64,000 bases of DNA from Eledone cirrhosa (Eukaryota), in assembly GCA_964016885.1 (NCBI GenBank), contig OZ024749.1:25110001-25174000 (forward strand). The letters are read 5' to 3'. Of this stretch, positions 26,859 through 41,108 are shown piece after piece. Under the pieces are notes generated by a model. The model ran no database searches. It was not told the origin of the DNA and saw only the letters and a program-made list of their open reading frames with translations. The first letter of the stretch is position 1. Every line of letters begins with the position of its first letter. The translations under genes and the position numbers were made by a program.

Positions 26859-26862
<4 letters not shown>
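26748..26862. repeat. Short (TA)n-embedded repeat, related copy at 63745-63795
   Basis: gcgtttcgctt...gccgaaat(g/c)cgatt(t/c)tcg(c/g)tgaat shared between the two sites. Confidence 0.55.
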
Positions 26863-26900
<38 letters not shown>

Positions 26901-26910
26901 CATGTATGTA

Positions 26911-26964
<54 letters not shown>

Positions 26965-27300
26965 ATGTGTACATCAACAAGGCGGAATATCATAGGGTTA
27001 CAATACAATATAACAACGATGTGTTTTATCTCGCGTGCACTAGTTAGATAAAATATCATTCATATGCAAATATATTAGTTTAATGGGTGACGATGTGGGA
27101 CAGATTTATGCTCATGGTAGGGTTTTTAAAACATTGGGACAGGTCTAGTCCTAGTAGTCTAGCTTCAAAACATATCCATGCACACACACACACACACGCA
27201 CGCACACACACATATATATGTATTAACATATCCATGTATATATATGTGTATGAACATATCTATGTATGTATGTATGTATGTGTATATATATATATATATA

Positions 27301-27801
27301 CGTGGGAAAGTAAAAAATCGGAGAATAGACCGTTAAAACATGTTTATTTAAAATATCACCTACGTACGTTTTGCCCAGTTGGGCTTCTCATGGGCATAAA
27401 TATATATATAAATAGGGAAAAAAGACGATTTTTAGGAAGAAATTTTTAGGAAGAAATGTTTTTTTCCATTTATTTCTCTCTCTTTTTTCTGGGTTTGAAA
27501 ATATTTAAAACAAAATATTTAACTTTGTGTGAAGTGTTAAGCTATTAGTTAATTTATTTATTAATTAACAATGGCATTTATTAATTTAATTATTTATATA
27601 TTTAATAATTGTCTATTACCGGTTTCAGCATTGTATGCATTATCAAAGGGGGGATTTGTAATGGTATAAAATGTTGGAGAGAAGTTAAGGTGATGTGGAA
27701 CATGTTTAGGAAATGGGAAAGAAGGAATAATATTATTTACAAACAAGGTTTTTGAAGTAAAAAGAAATAAGAAAAAAAGGGGATGATGTGGAACATGATA
27801 A

Positions 27802-27805
<4 letters not shown>
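27301..27805 (-). mobile_element. PLE pLTR remnant with degenerate hammerhead (27357-27395)
   Basis: Minus strand aTGAGaA-gccca-ac-tgggc-aAAA-cgtacg-TA-ggtg followed by AATAAA. (TA)n flanks. Confidence 0.55.
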
Positions 27806-27842
<37 letters not shown>

Positions 27843-28544
27843 TGTGTGTATATTTATAAATATTTGTGCACACACAAACTCATACACATCATGTATATTT
27901 GTTTGTATCACGAATGAGAGGGAATGATTTAAAAAGAGTAAGCGTGAAAAAGCAAGAAGAAATACATATGCCGGTCATAGCGTGGAGAGTGTTAGACAAC
28001 GAAGTTATCCCAATAAGTTACTTTGCCAGAAATAGACCATTATAATAATGAAATACATTGTATATAGTAAATATATATATATATACATATATATACAAAG
28101 TAACATTACATATAAAATAAATATTGAACAAGAGGCGCGATGAAAACAATTGGGTGAACTTGGCAATTCCATGAAATGAATTTTCTTGTTATTTATCAAC
28201 AACATCGTTGCCAGGCGGCCATTAGTTCGTAGCTTTGGCAGTGAACTCCGTTTGGCAATTGTCCGTGGTAATGCTTTATGTTTATTCCTCTACTGTTGCT
28301 AGACAGAGTGCAAGAAAAAAACAGGCAAAGAATATAAAAATCATTAAATAACTGACAATTCTGACTTCTTTGAAAGAGAAATTATTAAGTTTTCTATATG
28401 TTGAGATATGATGGTAATAATCATAACAAATATATTACCAGTTGATTTTCATAATGCTATCGTTACACTAATTATATAAAAACAAAGACATGTATATTCC
28501 AATTGGGATATCAAGACATAAATAACGAAGTTAACACTTGATCA

Positions 28545-28730
28545 CATACTCCAGTAAAACCTTACAATGAATTCCCGCGGAATGTGTTCGTATGCTTTTT
28601 CGAGATTCGCGAAAACTAGCATACTCCTTTGGGCAATACACACATGAACTCTCCAAAACCTCTTGTAGAATAAATATCTGGTCGGTGGCCGTGCTATTTC
28701 AGGGTCGAAAACCACATTCTTCGACAACTA
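28545..28730 (-). pseudogene. RTE-clade LINE RT fragment
   Basis: ECGFRP*NST..TDQIFILQEVLE...FANLEKAYEHIPRE matches QCGFRPGRSTTDQIF...FVDLEKAYDRVPR. Confidence 0.7.
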
Positions 28731-28990
28731 GATTTGACTTGATCGTATCCATACTTCATTTTGCCGGACTCACGTAATACGGATGTATGCATAACATCTT
28801 TAAGTAATTATCGCTGGTTGGATTTAATATACAAAGCCAGAGTGCTGGAGATAATGAGGTAGATTATGAAGGTCCATATACTCAATGGTGGTCCATATGC
28901 TGGAACGGTTTTCCAGCGTTATCATTTAGAGAAGATTGCTTCTGATAGTACCATCTAAAAAACATGACTGAGGACTGTCTCCTGAACATA

Positions 28991-29330
28991 TAATTGTTTC
29001 TACTTTTAGCACAATTCCAGCAATTACTCAATACATTACTGGTACTTTATTTTATCGACCCCGTAAGGATAAAAGGCAAAGTTAACCTCGGCAGGATTTG
29101 AACTCAGAATGGCAAAGGCCGGAACTCTATGCGTCAAAGCATGGCGTCCGACCCTCTACCGATACTGCCAACTAAATTAGGCAAAAGCAAAACAATTTCG
29201 GGGAGGGGAATATTCATTACTTATATTAGGTCTTGTAGGATGAATGCCAAAATTGACGTTCGTGGGATTTTGACTCAGAATATCGAAGTCATCTGATGGA
29301 ATATATGCCGCAGCGAATTTTATCCGGCAG
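28991..29330 (-). mobile_element. SINE family A (28991-29172) plus adjacent decayed copy
   Basis: Reverse complement of the family A consensus. Confidence 0.85.
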
Positions 29331-29715
29331 TAAAAGGACAATCCCTAATTACAGTCATAGTATTGTTTATTACCCTTTTTTAGTACTTGAATAATACAAT
29401 TTTGAAATGATATTATCGAGGATGGTCTATCATCACGAGACCTATATATATTGTAATACATGCTCCAAATTGTACTACAGACAATCTCACTGGGAATTAT
29501 CGATTCCTTTTGACAAATCACTTAGATATTCTATTCTATGGAAACTTGTTATTTTGTAGATCTAGACAGTTGAATATATGATTGATTTCTAACATAAGCA
29601 CAAGTCCACACACTTGAGAGTCGGGTACAATATATTAAAGATACCCCAGTAATTTAACTCGTCGCCATTCGACGAAGGAAAACAACGCTGAAGAGGGCAA
29701 AAAAGAGCTATAACG

Positions 29716-29782
<67 letters not shown>

Positions 29783-30529
29783 GTATACATACGTACATAC
29801 ACACACAGACTTACAGGCGCATACACACACGCAAACACACACATATATATATATATACATGTATATATATATATATGTATGTGTGTGTGTAAGTGTGTGT
29901 GTGTGTAGTTATGGAGAGATTGATAGATAGCTAGATAGATATTTCCAATTTTTATCATCATTGTTGCCTTTAACACTCTCTATTCAATATGGCCGTTTAA
30001 TATAAACACACAATATATCACTATCAACTAACACATATACTCTCACGTTTAATTCTTTATTCATCTAGCCATCCAAAACTATAACTTCCTAACACACTCC
30101 AACCATTACAAACCACACTTGATGAATATTTGCATTTGTTTCCCTTCGTTTTTAATCCATAAAGACAAAATGACACACACAAACAAAAACACATACATTC
30201 ACGAATATACACACTCACTTCCTGTATCTCTCTCTCTCTCTCCCTCTCCCTCACACGCACACATTCTCTCTCTCTCTCTAAGCCACGTATAAATTGAACC
30301 ACATATTCAATCAGTTTCATATACAATCAGACACATACACACGCACCAGAAAACAAACACACACACACGCACACACTCTTTCTTGCTCTCTCTCTCTCTC
30401 TCTCAGCCACATATATACGCACAGCAAAATACTCATGCACCAAAATACAAACACATTCACACAAACACACACACAGAGGCACACAAACACACACGTACAG
30501 ACACACACACTTTCTCTCTTACTCTTTCT

Positions 30530-30596
<67 letters not shown>

Positions 30597-31009
30597 ACTC
30601 TCTCAGCCACATTTATACGCATAGCATACAAAATACAAACATACTCACGTACACACATTTTCTCTCTCTCACACACACACACTCTCGCTCAACCTCATAT
30701 AAACTAAGCAACATATACACACAGCTAAATACACACGCACACTCTCTTCCTGTCTCTCTCTCACACACACACATACACAAACACTCAGCTGAATTGATAC
30801 ACACAGCTAAATACAAACGCAAAGCCACATATAGGCATCGTTGCATAAACACATTTACATATACAAAGATCTGCAGACACATGCCCACGCACGCACAGGC
30901 GAATAAGCATGACATATAGTTTAATAAAATCAACAGCACAATAATTTTACTCTACCAAACTTCTCTCCCTTTACAAGTGAACATGCAGAAACCCATAAAC
31001 GCATGCATG

Positions 31010-31078
<69 letters not shown>

Positions 31079-31209
31079 TATATAATATATAATATATATA
31101 TATAATATATATATATAATATATATATATAATATATATATATAATATATATATATATATATAATATATATATATATAATATATATATATATATAATATAT
31201 ATATATAAT

Positions 31210-31284
<75 letters not shown>

Positions 31285-31291
31285 TTAAATA

Positions 31292-31334
<43 letters not shown>

Positions 31335-31369
31335 TTAACGGCTTGTAACTCTTTCGTTAATTATTTTGC

Positions 31370-31400
<31 letters not shown>

Positions 31401-31559
31401 ATGCATGTATATATTTATATATAGTGTGTGTGTGAGAGACTCTGCGTGTGTGTGTAATTATGTATATATGATATATGAACATGTGGGTGAATAATGAAAC
31501 ATGTATAAATACATATATACATATATATATTATATACATACATTGACACATTCATATAC

Positions 31560-31703
<144 letters not shown>

Positions 31704-32419
31704 TTTGTGTGTGTGTGTGAGTAATCTTCGCACTCAATTTCTGCTCAATACATTTTCCTAATGTATCGATCCGGTTCTTTTGTTTGCTTTCACATTTGTC
31801 ACCAATACTCCAATTTTGTTAGAGACCTTCCAATACTATCATAGCAAAAATCATGCTTTCGAAGCCTTATATGGAAAAATTTGCAAACATTGGGAAGAAA
31901 GGCAAGTCATCGATTTTCCATATTCTTGCAAAAATTGAATTTGCTAATGCTGGTTAGTCTCTGTGACGTAGTGATGTTAACTTTGTTGATAATTTTTCTA
32001 TTTCATCCTTATTACCAATAATGTTATTGCTGTGAATCTCACACTGTTTCTATAGAGCAATTGCAGATTGCGGCTGCCATAGCTCTGGCTGCAGCATTTG
32101 CTGTAACTGTTATTGATGCTGCTGTTGTTGTTACTGCTGCTGTTATTGCTGCTGTTGTTTTTACTGCTGTTGTTGTTGCTGCTGTTGTTGTTACTGCTGG
32201 TGTTGCTGCTGCTGCTATTTATTTCTGTTGCTTTTGTTCTGCTATCATGGGAGAATTAGACATGCTGACTAATTGATGAGGATATCTTTGGAAACACTTT
32301 AAACGATGTAAACGATACGTGGTGTAGATAATGTTGCTGTGATTGTTGTTGATATTATTATTATTTTTTTATATTATACCAGTAAGTATTGCAGGCGTCA
32401 AACTAGGGAAATACTGGGG

Positions 32420-32770
32420 TATCGTCATAGGTAAAGAGTCGGACGCCATGCTTCCCAGAGTAGTTACCTCCCTTTACGATGTGAGTTCAAATCGCACCGA
32501 GGTTAACTTTGCCTTTTATCCTTCGATAAAATTCGATAAAATAAAGTACCACTAATACACTGGGGTAATTACTGGCCTTGTGCCAAATATAGAAACAATT
32601 ATTAATATTATTACTATAATTATTATTATCATTATTATTATAATATTATACAAGGGCGGTGGATTGGCAGTATCGGTAGAGAGTCGGACGCCATGCTTTC
32701 CAGCATAGTTACGTCCCTTTACGATCTGAGTTCAAATCCCGCCGAGGTTGACTTTGCCTTTCATCCTTTC
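32420..32770 (+). mobile_element. Two SINE family A copies (second 3'-truncated)
   Basis: A/B boxes and core. Confidence 0.85.
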
Positions 32771-32886
32771 TTTGAGCTATTTAATTGTAAAAGACTGTTT
32801 GAGTTTATAACTCTATATATAGTATATATATATATATATTATAGATAACGAGGAATCAGTAATGCTTCAAAACACAATTTATTAAT

Positions 32887-32974
32887 ATATTACGTATGTT
32901 TCTCCGACGATCAGCGCAAGGTAGAATCTCTTACAAATCGAGCCTGACTCTGCATTCGCATGGTCCTCAGCTAT
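32887..32974 (-). ncRNA. Hammerhead-like motif in (TA)n-flanked insert 32843-33004
   Basis: Minus strand CTGAGGA-cc...gga-GAAA-catacg-TA followed by AATAAA. Stem pairing imperfect. Confidence 0.5.
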
Positions 32975-32996
32975 GTTTTGCACTTTCAAAACAGTT

Positions 32997-33047
<51 letters not shown>

Positions 33048-33470
33048 TATTATATATTACGATCCTACTAATTTTCAATGAGTAAGACCATTTTTCAGCA
33101 AATTCCAGAGTGTCTAACATATATATATTAGAGTGTCTGTGTGTATGTGTCTGTGTGAGTTAGAGTGAGGAAAATAATGGGAGAGAGAAAGAGAAAACAA
33201 GAGACAGGAAATATATACAGTAGCTATTGTTTATATTTGTGCACCTATCAGTATAATTAGTAGCATACACACATGCGTACATCCATATATACATATATAT
33301 CTAAACATATACAAACACATACATGCATACGAAATAAATACAGATTTACATATATGCGTGCATACTTGCATATATATATATGCTGCATACTTGCATATAT
33401 ATATATGTATACATACTTATATACATATATATACATATATATTTATATACATATATATATATATATATAT

Positions 33471-33513
<43 letters not shown>

Positions 33514-33654
33514 CATAAATATATATACATAAATACATACATACATATATATACATACATACATACATACAACCGTATATAAGTTTCTCTCGTAACCAAA
33601 AATCCATATATTTTATAAAAAGAAACCTCTAGACTATCGCTTGCATTATCGTAT

Positions 33655-33960
33655 AATCGTGACCGGAAGCATGTTATTTCAAATAGTCCCAGCGCCCAAT
33701 TTGGTCACAGAATACGTGGAGACATAACTAAATACCGCAAGATGTTGTTTTCTTCGTTATTCTTTCGGCGCCATTTTCATTCCAAACTAATATACATAAT
33801 TATATTGTTCATATACATATTACTAAACATAACTATCACGACGCCATTTTGACTTAAATCCGATTACATAAAAGCACGCGTTGTACTTAAGTTCTATTTC
33901 TAGTAGCTTTATTACAATATATTTTCCTACTTAATTCGTATGAATACTCAACTACACCAG
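33655..33960. promoter_or_regulatory. Candidate promoter-like motif cluster
   Basis: ETS-like accggaagc, a CCAAT, and two YY1-like cgccatttt in a locally CpG-richer unique segment. Confidence 0.25.
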
Positions 33961-34126
33961 AACTGGATAAACAGCCTAACACTTACGACAGACTAGTTCT
34001 CCACTTTCTTCAGAAACCCAAGCAATACGTGCGTATGCATGTATGCATGTATGCATATATGTATATATGCATCTATGCATATATATATATATATGTATGT
34101 ATTTATGTATATATATATATATGTAA

Positions 34127-34163
<37 letters not shown>

Positions 34164-34226
34164 CACATATATATGTATAAACATATATAGGTATATATAT
34201 ATGTATATATATATATGTATAATATA

Positions 34227-34274
<48 letters not shown>

Positions 34275-34300
34275 TATGTATAAACATATATATGTGTATA

Positions 34301-34346
<46 letters not shown>

Positions 34347-34353
34347 GTATATA

Positions 34354-34427
<74 letters not shown>

Positions 34428-34480
34428 TATATACACATATATATGTATAAACATATATATGTGTATAATATATATATATG

Positions 34481-34513
<33 letters not shown>

Positions 34514-34873
34514 GTGTATATATATATATACGTATATATATATATATGTGTATATATATATATACGTATATATATGTATATATATATACGTATATATATA
34601 TATACATTTATATGTATAGGCAAAGAGAGAGAGAGAGACAATGAGAGGAAGAGAGAGATGAAGAAGACTAGATGGGTAGAGAGCGGAATAGATAAATAGT
34701 TAGATAGATATATAGAGAAATAGATAGAGAGAGAAAGAGATAGATAGAGAGACAGATGAAACATAGCTAGTTAAAACCAGTAAGAATATTAAGAAAAGTA
34801 GATAGTAGATAGTATTGCATCGATTCTCTGCTCCACAGTTAAGCATTTACGTTATTGATACGTTAAATATTAA

Positions 34874-35139
34874 CCCTCTAGCATTTACATGTATTTATAT
34901 ATACTATTTATTCATGTGATAAATGTTTTATCTCACATATTTACCTCACATCTATGATATTACTTATTTTTGATATTACTTATTTTTGATGTTATTTATT
35001 TTTGATATTACTTATTTTTGATATTACTTATTTTGAGATCAATAGCTTAACATCAGTATACGTGGTTAGTTATGGCCGGTTTGAACAGAAAGAAGCGAGA
35101 GAATTATGGTCGGATAGGTCCGATTTAAATGCCAAAGGG
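34874..35139. mobile_element. piggyBac-type MITE with TTAA target-site duplication
   Basis: TTAA-ccctctagcattta ... taaatgccaaaggg-TTAA. Internal ~16-bp tandem gatattacttattttt x5. Confidence 0.8.
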
Positions 35140-35185
35140 TTAAACCTAAACCAATGAGCAGTGGCTACGCGTGTCATCAGTTTAT

Positions 35186-35403
35186 AATAATCGTTTCTGA
35201 TTTAGGTTCAAGGCAATCATTTTTAGAGAGGTGAAAGTTGATTAAATCGACTCCAATGCATTACTTGCACGTTACGTTCTGACCTCGTAAGGATCAAAGA
35301 CAAAACTAACGTCAGAGAGATATGAAATGAGAACGTAAAAGGACGTGACTCTACGCTGCGAAGAATGGTGTCCGGCGCTTTATCCATACTGCCAATTCAC
35401 CGC
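35186..35403 (-). mobile_element. Decayed SINE family A
   Basis: Reverse-complement match to family A. Confidence 0.7.
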
Positions 35404-35932
35404 GATTACGATTTAAATAATATATTCTATCTATGTTCTTTATGCTACCTCATTCTAAACACCCATAACCAATAAAGCATGTTTAAAGATCTCAAAATCC
35501 TTAACTACCAGCACCAAAACAAGCATCTACCTACAAATAAAAAAAACATATCAGGAAAAAAAAGAAAAAGCAGAAAAATAGTTTCCAATTTTTTTTTATT
35601 TTGCAGAAATGTAATGTAAACAGAAATCGTTTTATCGGGCTAATGTTTATTAAGCACTTTACCCCACTATCAACCCCCTCTGCTTTACTCTGTCATATAT
35701 ATATTTATTTAGTTTGTATATATTTATTGTGTATATATATATGTGTGTATATATTTATTTATTTTGTATATATATATGTGTGTATGTATATATTTATTTA
35801 TTTTGTATATATATATATGTGTGTATGTATATATTTATTTATTTTGTATATATATATATGTGTGTATGTATATATTTATTTATTTTGTATATATATATGT
35901 GTGTATGTATATATTTATTTATTTTGTATATA

Positions 35933-36019
<87 letters not shown>

Positions 36020-36043
36020 ATATGAATATATATATATATATTC

Positions 36044-36079
<36 letters not shown>

Positions 36080-36286
36080 ATATGAATATATATATATATA
36101 TTCATATATATATATATTTATATATATTTATATATATATATATATGAATATATATATATATATTCATATATATATATATTTATATATATTTATATATATA
36201 TATATATATATGAATATATATATATATATTCATATATATATATATTCATATATATATATTCATATATATATATATATATATATATA

Positions 36287-36355
<69 letters not shown>

Positions 36356-36616
36356 GTATATATATATGTATGTATATATATATATATATATATATTTATG
36401 TGTATGTATATATCTTCTCCCTTACACATACAACCACGCCGACTCAAACACACACGCTCACACATTATACGCTCAACACACCCTATTACACTTGCTATCC
36501 TTGCTTCACTTTAAAAGGGAAGTTAAAAAGAAAAAAACAAATTATTGATTACCCGCCATTGTCCATATCCCCCCTCTCCCCCCACAGCACAGATCTTTAT
36601 TATTATTTTTATAAAT

Positions 36617-36635
36617 ATTATTACTACTACAACTG

Positions 36636-36666
<31 letters not shown>

Positions 36667-36707
36667 AACTACTGCTGCTAACACTACTACCACTACTACT
36701 ACTACTG

Positions 36708-36764
<57 letters not shown>

Positions 36765-36772
36765 ATACTACT
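36617..36772 (+). repeat. (ACT)n tract
   Basis: Direct reading. Confidence 0.95.
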
Positions 36773-36991
36773 GTAAATTTTGTGTAGATTTGCTTTCCCG
36801 TTTGATGTTCAAAAACCAGTTAGCTAAACAATTTTTTTTCCATTCTTCACTCGGCGCAGTAAAAATTGTTCATTTTAAACGAGAAATTTATTTCCCTTTT
36901 CTAGTATCGGTTATGTATTAAATAACGAACGTCCCTCCTTGTCTGTGTCTACTTTCCCATTGGAATACAATGAGGTACTATAAATGCGTGC

Positions 36992-37032
<41 letters not shown>

Positions 37033-37035
<3 letters not shown>

Positions 37036-37574
37036 CGATATATTAACAAATGGAAACTATATTTATAAAACCATATTTATTTCATAATCCATATTTCAAG
37101 GACACTAAGTTAAATTATGGTGTGCTTTCATCAGATAAAATATAATACAGAGCAGTTTATGAATAAATATTGACATACCCTTAAAGAATGCGACCATTTC
37201 AGTTGGAAGCTCCCGGATAGTGGCGTTATAAATTTCTTTATACTATTATGTAAATTAGTATAAATAAATTTACATAATAGTATAAATACATTTATAACCC
37301 CACTATCCGGGAGCTTCCAACAGAAATGGTCACATTATTTAAGGGTATGTCAATATTTACTTATAAAACTGCTCTATATTATATTTTATCTGATGAAAGC
37401 ACACCATAATTAACTTGGTGTCCTTGAAATATGTATAATGAAATAAATATGGTTTTATAAATATAATTTCCATTTGTTAATATATCGTATTTTTACGCCA
37501 ATAATTTGATGAGTGCTTCATATCAGTTATAAAAATATGTGCTTGTGGTATCCCAAAAATTTAAATATAACTTC

Positions 37575-37578
<4 letters not shown>
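37033..37578 (+). mobile_element. Fold-back HHR element family K, copy 1 (palindrome 37033-37490 + right tail ending aacttctaca(TA)n)
   Basis: ~225-bp diverged arms centred near 37260, HHR in each arm. Confidence 0.85.
37383..37444 (+). ncRNA. Type I hammerhead (mirror copy ~37079-37141, minus)
   Basis: attttat-CTGATGA-aagcacacca-taattaact-tggtgtcctt-GAAA-tatgta-TA-atgaaat. Confidence 0.8.
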
Positions 37579-37663
<85 letters not shown>

Positions 37664-37670
37664 ATATATA

Positions 37671-37970
37671 TGTAGAAGTTGAGTAATATTGTAGAACAGT
37701 GAAACTATGCATACATCAGATGAGTTACACTCAACAGTTGGTAGAACTGGAGTATATATGATAAAGAAGAAATTAAAAGATTGTTAAAAGATTTCCATAT
37801 ATTTTATTATGCGCATTTCGAATACAAAATCATACTGGGGCAAAGATTGTGTTCTGATCAGATAAAATAATCATATCATGTCACCTTATTTTATCCCATG
37901 AGAACACAATTTTTGTCCCAGGATGATTTCGTATTCGAGATGCGCATAATAAAATGTATGGAACTCTTTT
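37671..37970 (-). mobile_element. Family K copy 2 (palindrome 37786-37970 + left tail)
   Basis: Minus-strand HHR 37802-37867: ttttat-CTGATcA-gaacac...gtattc-GAAA-tgcgca-TA-ataaaa. Tail homologous to 38586-38680. Confidence 0.8.
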
Positions 37971-37994
37971 GAGTATTTATATGTATATATATGT

Positions 37995-38028
<34 letters not shown>

Positions 38029-38057
38029 ACATATATATATACATATACATATATATA

Positions 38058-38101
<44 letters not shown>

Positions 38102-38102
38102 G

Positions 38103-38145
<43 letters not shown>

Positions 38146-38250
38146 GATATACATATATATATATACATATATATATATACATATATATATATACATATAT
38201 ATATATACATATATATATATACATATATATATATACACATACATATATAT

Positions 38251-38680
38251 ATAAGAACAAAAGATGGTTAAAAGAGTTCCATGTATTTTATTATGCGCAT
38301 TTCAAAAACAAATATCATCATGCAATAATATTTGTGTTTTCATCAGATAAAACAGGAAGACATGATATGAAGGTTAAAAAACACTTGTGGATAGTTCAGT
38401 TTAAATCAACATATGAGAAGTAGTTTTAGATTTATGTTGATTTAAAACTGAACTATCTACAAGTGTTTTTTAAACATCATATCATGTCTTCATGTTTTAT
38501 CTGAAATATTATTGCATGATGATATTTGTCTTTGAAATGAGCATAATAAAATACATGGAACTCTTTTAACCATCTTTTGTTCTTATATATTATGTATACT
38601 CCAGTCCTACAAACTGTAGAGTGCTTCTTATCCGATATCTGCATTGCTTTATTGTACTACAATAAAACTCACCTCCTACA
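38251..38680 (+). mobile_element. Family K copy 3 (palindrome 38251-38586 + right tail ending cctcctaca(TA)n)
   Basis: Intact HHR 38286-38352 (minus): ttttat-CTGATGA-aaacacaaatat...atatttgttttt-GAAA-tgcgca-TA-ataaaa. Right-arm HHR has a ~10-nt deletion. Confidence 0.85.
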
Positions 38681-38951
38681 TATATACACATACATATATA
38701 TATATACATATATATATATACATATATATACACATATATATATATACATATATATATATGCATATACATATATTTAAACAAATATATATATACATATACA
38801 TATATATATATACATATATATATGCATATACATATATATACATATATATATATATACATATACATATATATACATATATATATATATACATATACATATA
38901 CATATATATACATATATATATATATACATATACATATATATATATACATAC

Positions 38952-39036
<85 letters not shown>

Positions 39037-39322
39037 CATATATATATATACATATATATATACATATACATATACATATATATATACATATATATTTATA
39101 CACACATATACGTATATATATATGTGTGTATATATATATATATATGCGTGTGTATATATATGTATATGTGTGTATATATATATATGCATATATATATATA
39201 TAGGCATATATATATATATATATATATGCATATATATCTGCATATATATATGCATATATATATATATATATGCATATATATATATGCATATATATATACA
39301 TCTATATATATATATATATATA

Positions 39323-39360
<38 letters not shown>

Positions 39361-39458
39361 TATATATCTGCATATATATATGCATATATATATATATATA
39401 TGCATATATATATATGCATATATATATACATCTATATATATATATATATATGCATATA

Positions 39459-39509
<51 letters not shown>

Positions 39510-39546
39510 GCATATATATATTTATATATGCATATATATATACATA

Positions 39547-39622
<76 letters not shown>

Positions 39623-39648
39623 TATATATATATATATATATATGCATA

Positions 39649-39688
<40 letters not shown>

Positions 39689-39829
39689 TATATATATATA
39701 TATATATATGCATATATATGCATATATATATATATATATATGCATATATATGAATATATATATATGCATATATATATGCATATATATATATACATATATA
39801 TGCATACATATATATGCATATATATATAT
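38681..39829. repeat. Long interrupted (TA)n microsatellite (one of many, e.g. 19745-20190, 24330-25180, 30995-31325, 34070-34615, 35700-36400, 45243-46020)
   Basis: Direct reading. Confidence 0.97.
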
Positions 39830-40049
39830 ATTGTTATATTTGGGGAGGGTCATATTTGCGTAATATTGCCAGAATTAATAACAGAACAAACTCACTGTTT
39901 GGTTGGTTTTCGCTTCTCGCTGTCTTTTATATATATATATATGCGATCTAACTTACTCGGTCCTCAATGTTGCCATTGACTGACCGGCGGTCAAAAATAA
40001 TACAGATACAATATAGACAAACACATATATATATAGTTTACATAATTTA

Positions 40050-40087
40050 CATAAATCTTTCGTTGCACATCTGCAACATCGTCAGTG
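40050..40087 (-). ncRNA. Minimal hammerhead in PLE-2 pLTR (copy at 43253-43290 plus has CTGACAA)
   Basis: ca-CTGACGA-t-gttgca-gatg-tgcaac-GAAA-gatt-TA-tg. Stem I very short. Confidence 0.65.
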
Positions 40088-40362
40088 GTGTTATATTCAT
40101 TGTTCCTCCTGTTGTGTTGTATGTCTACGCCATTTTTTTTTGTTCAGTCTGTCTATATATTTATTTATTTATTTGCTTGTTTGTTTATCTTATTTTATTT
40201 TGTCTTCTTTGCGCATGCGTTTGCGTGTGTGTATAGTGTTATGTGTGATGTGTGACTAGTGTGTATAGTGTTGTGTCTGCTGGGTGACTAGTGTGTGTTT
40301 ATGTGCTTGTGTATGTATTTATTTATCTTATTTTATTTATTTTATTTAATTTACTTATTTAT

Positions 40363-41107
40363 TTATACTTCTCTTAGGTCAGTGTTGTTTGTTTGGGTGT
40401 TGTTGTTGTTCCACTCATTCTTTCTGTTTAGCTTTGGTCTTCTAATTTCTATTTCACTGGCCTCTCTGATTTGCCTATCTGCTGGGTCATTCCTATGTTT
40501 AGATATTATTCTAATTTCTATGTTGTCTATGTTACCGTCATGTTGTTGTCTAGCATGTTCGTATAGTACTGACCCGTTTTTTCGTCCTTTTAGTTCCCCC
40601 CAGTGTTGGTCTATCCTTTCACCTATGCTACGAGCTGTCTCACCTATGTATGTTGTTGTCGTGTTTCTGCAAGTACCCTCTGTACATCTTATGCTATAGA
40701 CTACGTTTCTAGTTTTACAGTTTATCCGGGGGTTCACCTTACATATGATACATTTCCTATTGGTACAGTGGGTTTTCTTAAAAGGGTAGGTTTTGCTGAT
40801 CAGGGATTTTATGGTGGTTCCTAGCTTTTCTACCACCTTTATTTTTAAGTGGGTCTTTCTCAGGGCCTTTCTACACTGGTTAGCTAATTTCCCTCCAGGG
40901 GTGGCGTCCACAAACATGACACTCTGATATCTCTGGTTGTCGTACCATGATGTGGCCTTCCCTATCTTATGTCTAGCCCTATCTAAGCTATTCCATGATT
41001 TGCTCCTGTATAGTGGGCAAATTCCTTTCATGTCCAGTTCTATGAGGGTCTTATACTTTTCCATGGCTCCTTCGTATACTCTGACTCTGTCTCTTTGGTT
41101 GTAGCCA
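40363..41107 (-). pseudogene. Inverted duplicate of thumb/linker/GIY-YIG of PLE-2 (open frame)
   Basis: GYNQRDR...YRSKSWNS...CTNRKCIIC...VVYSIRC...YIGETARSIGERIDQH. Confidence 0.9.
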
Positions 41108-41108
41108 A

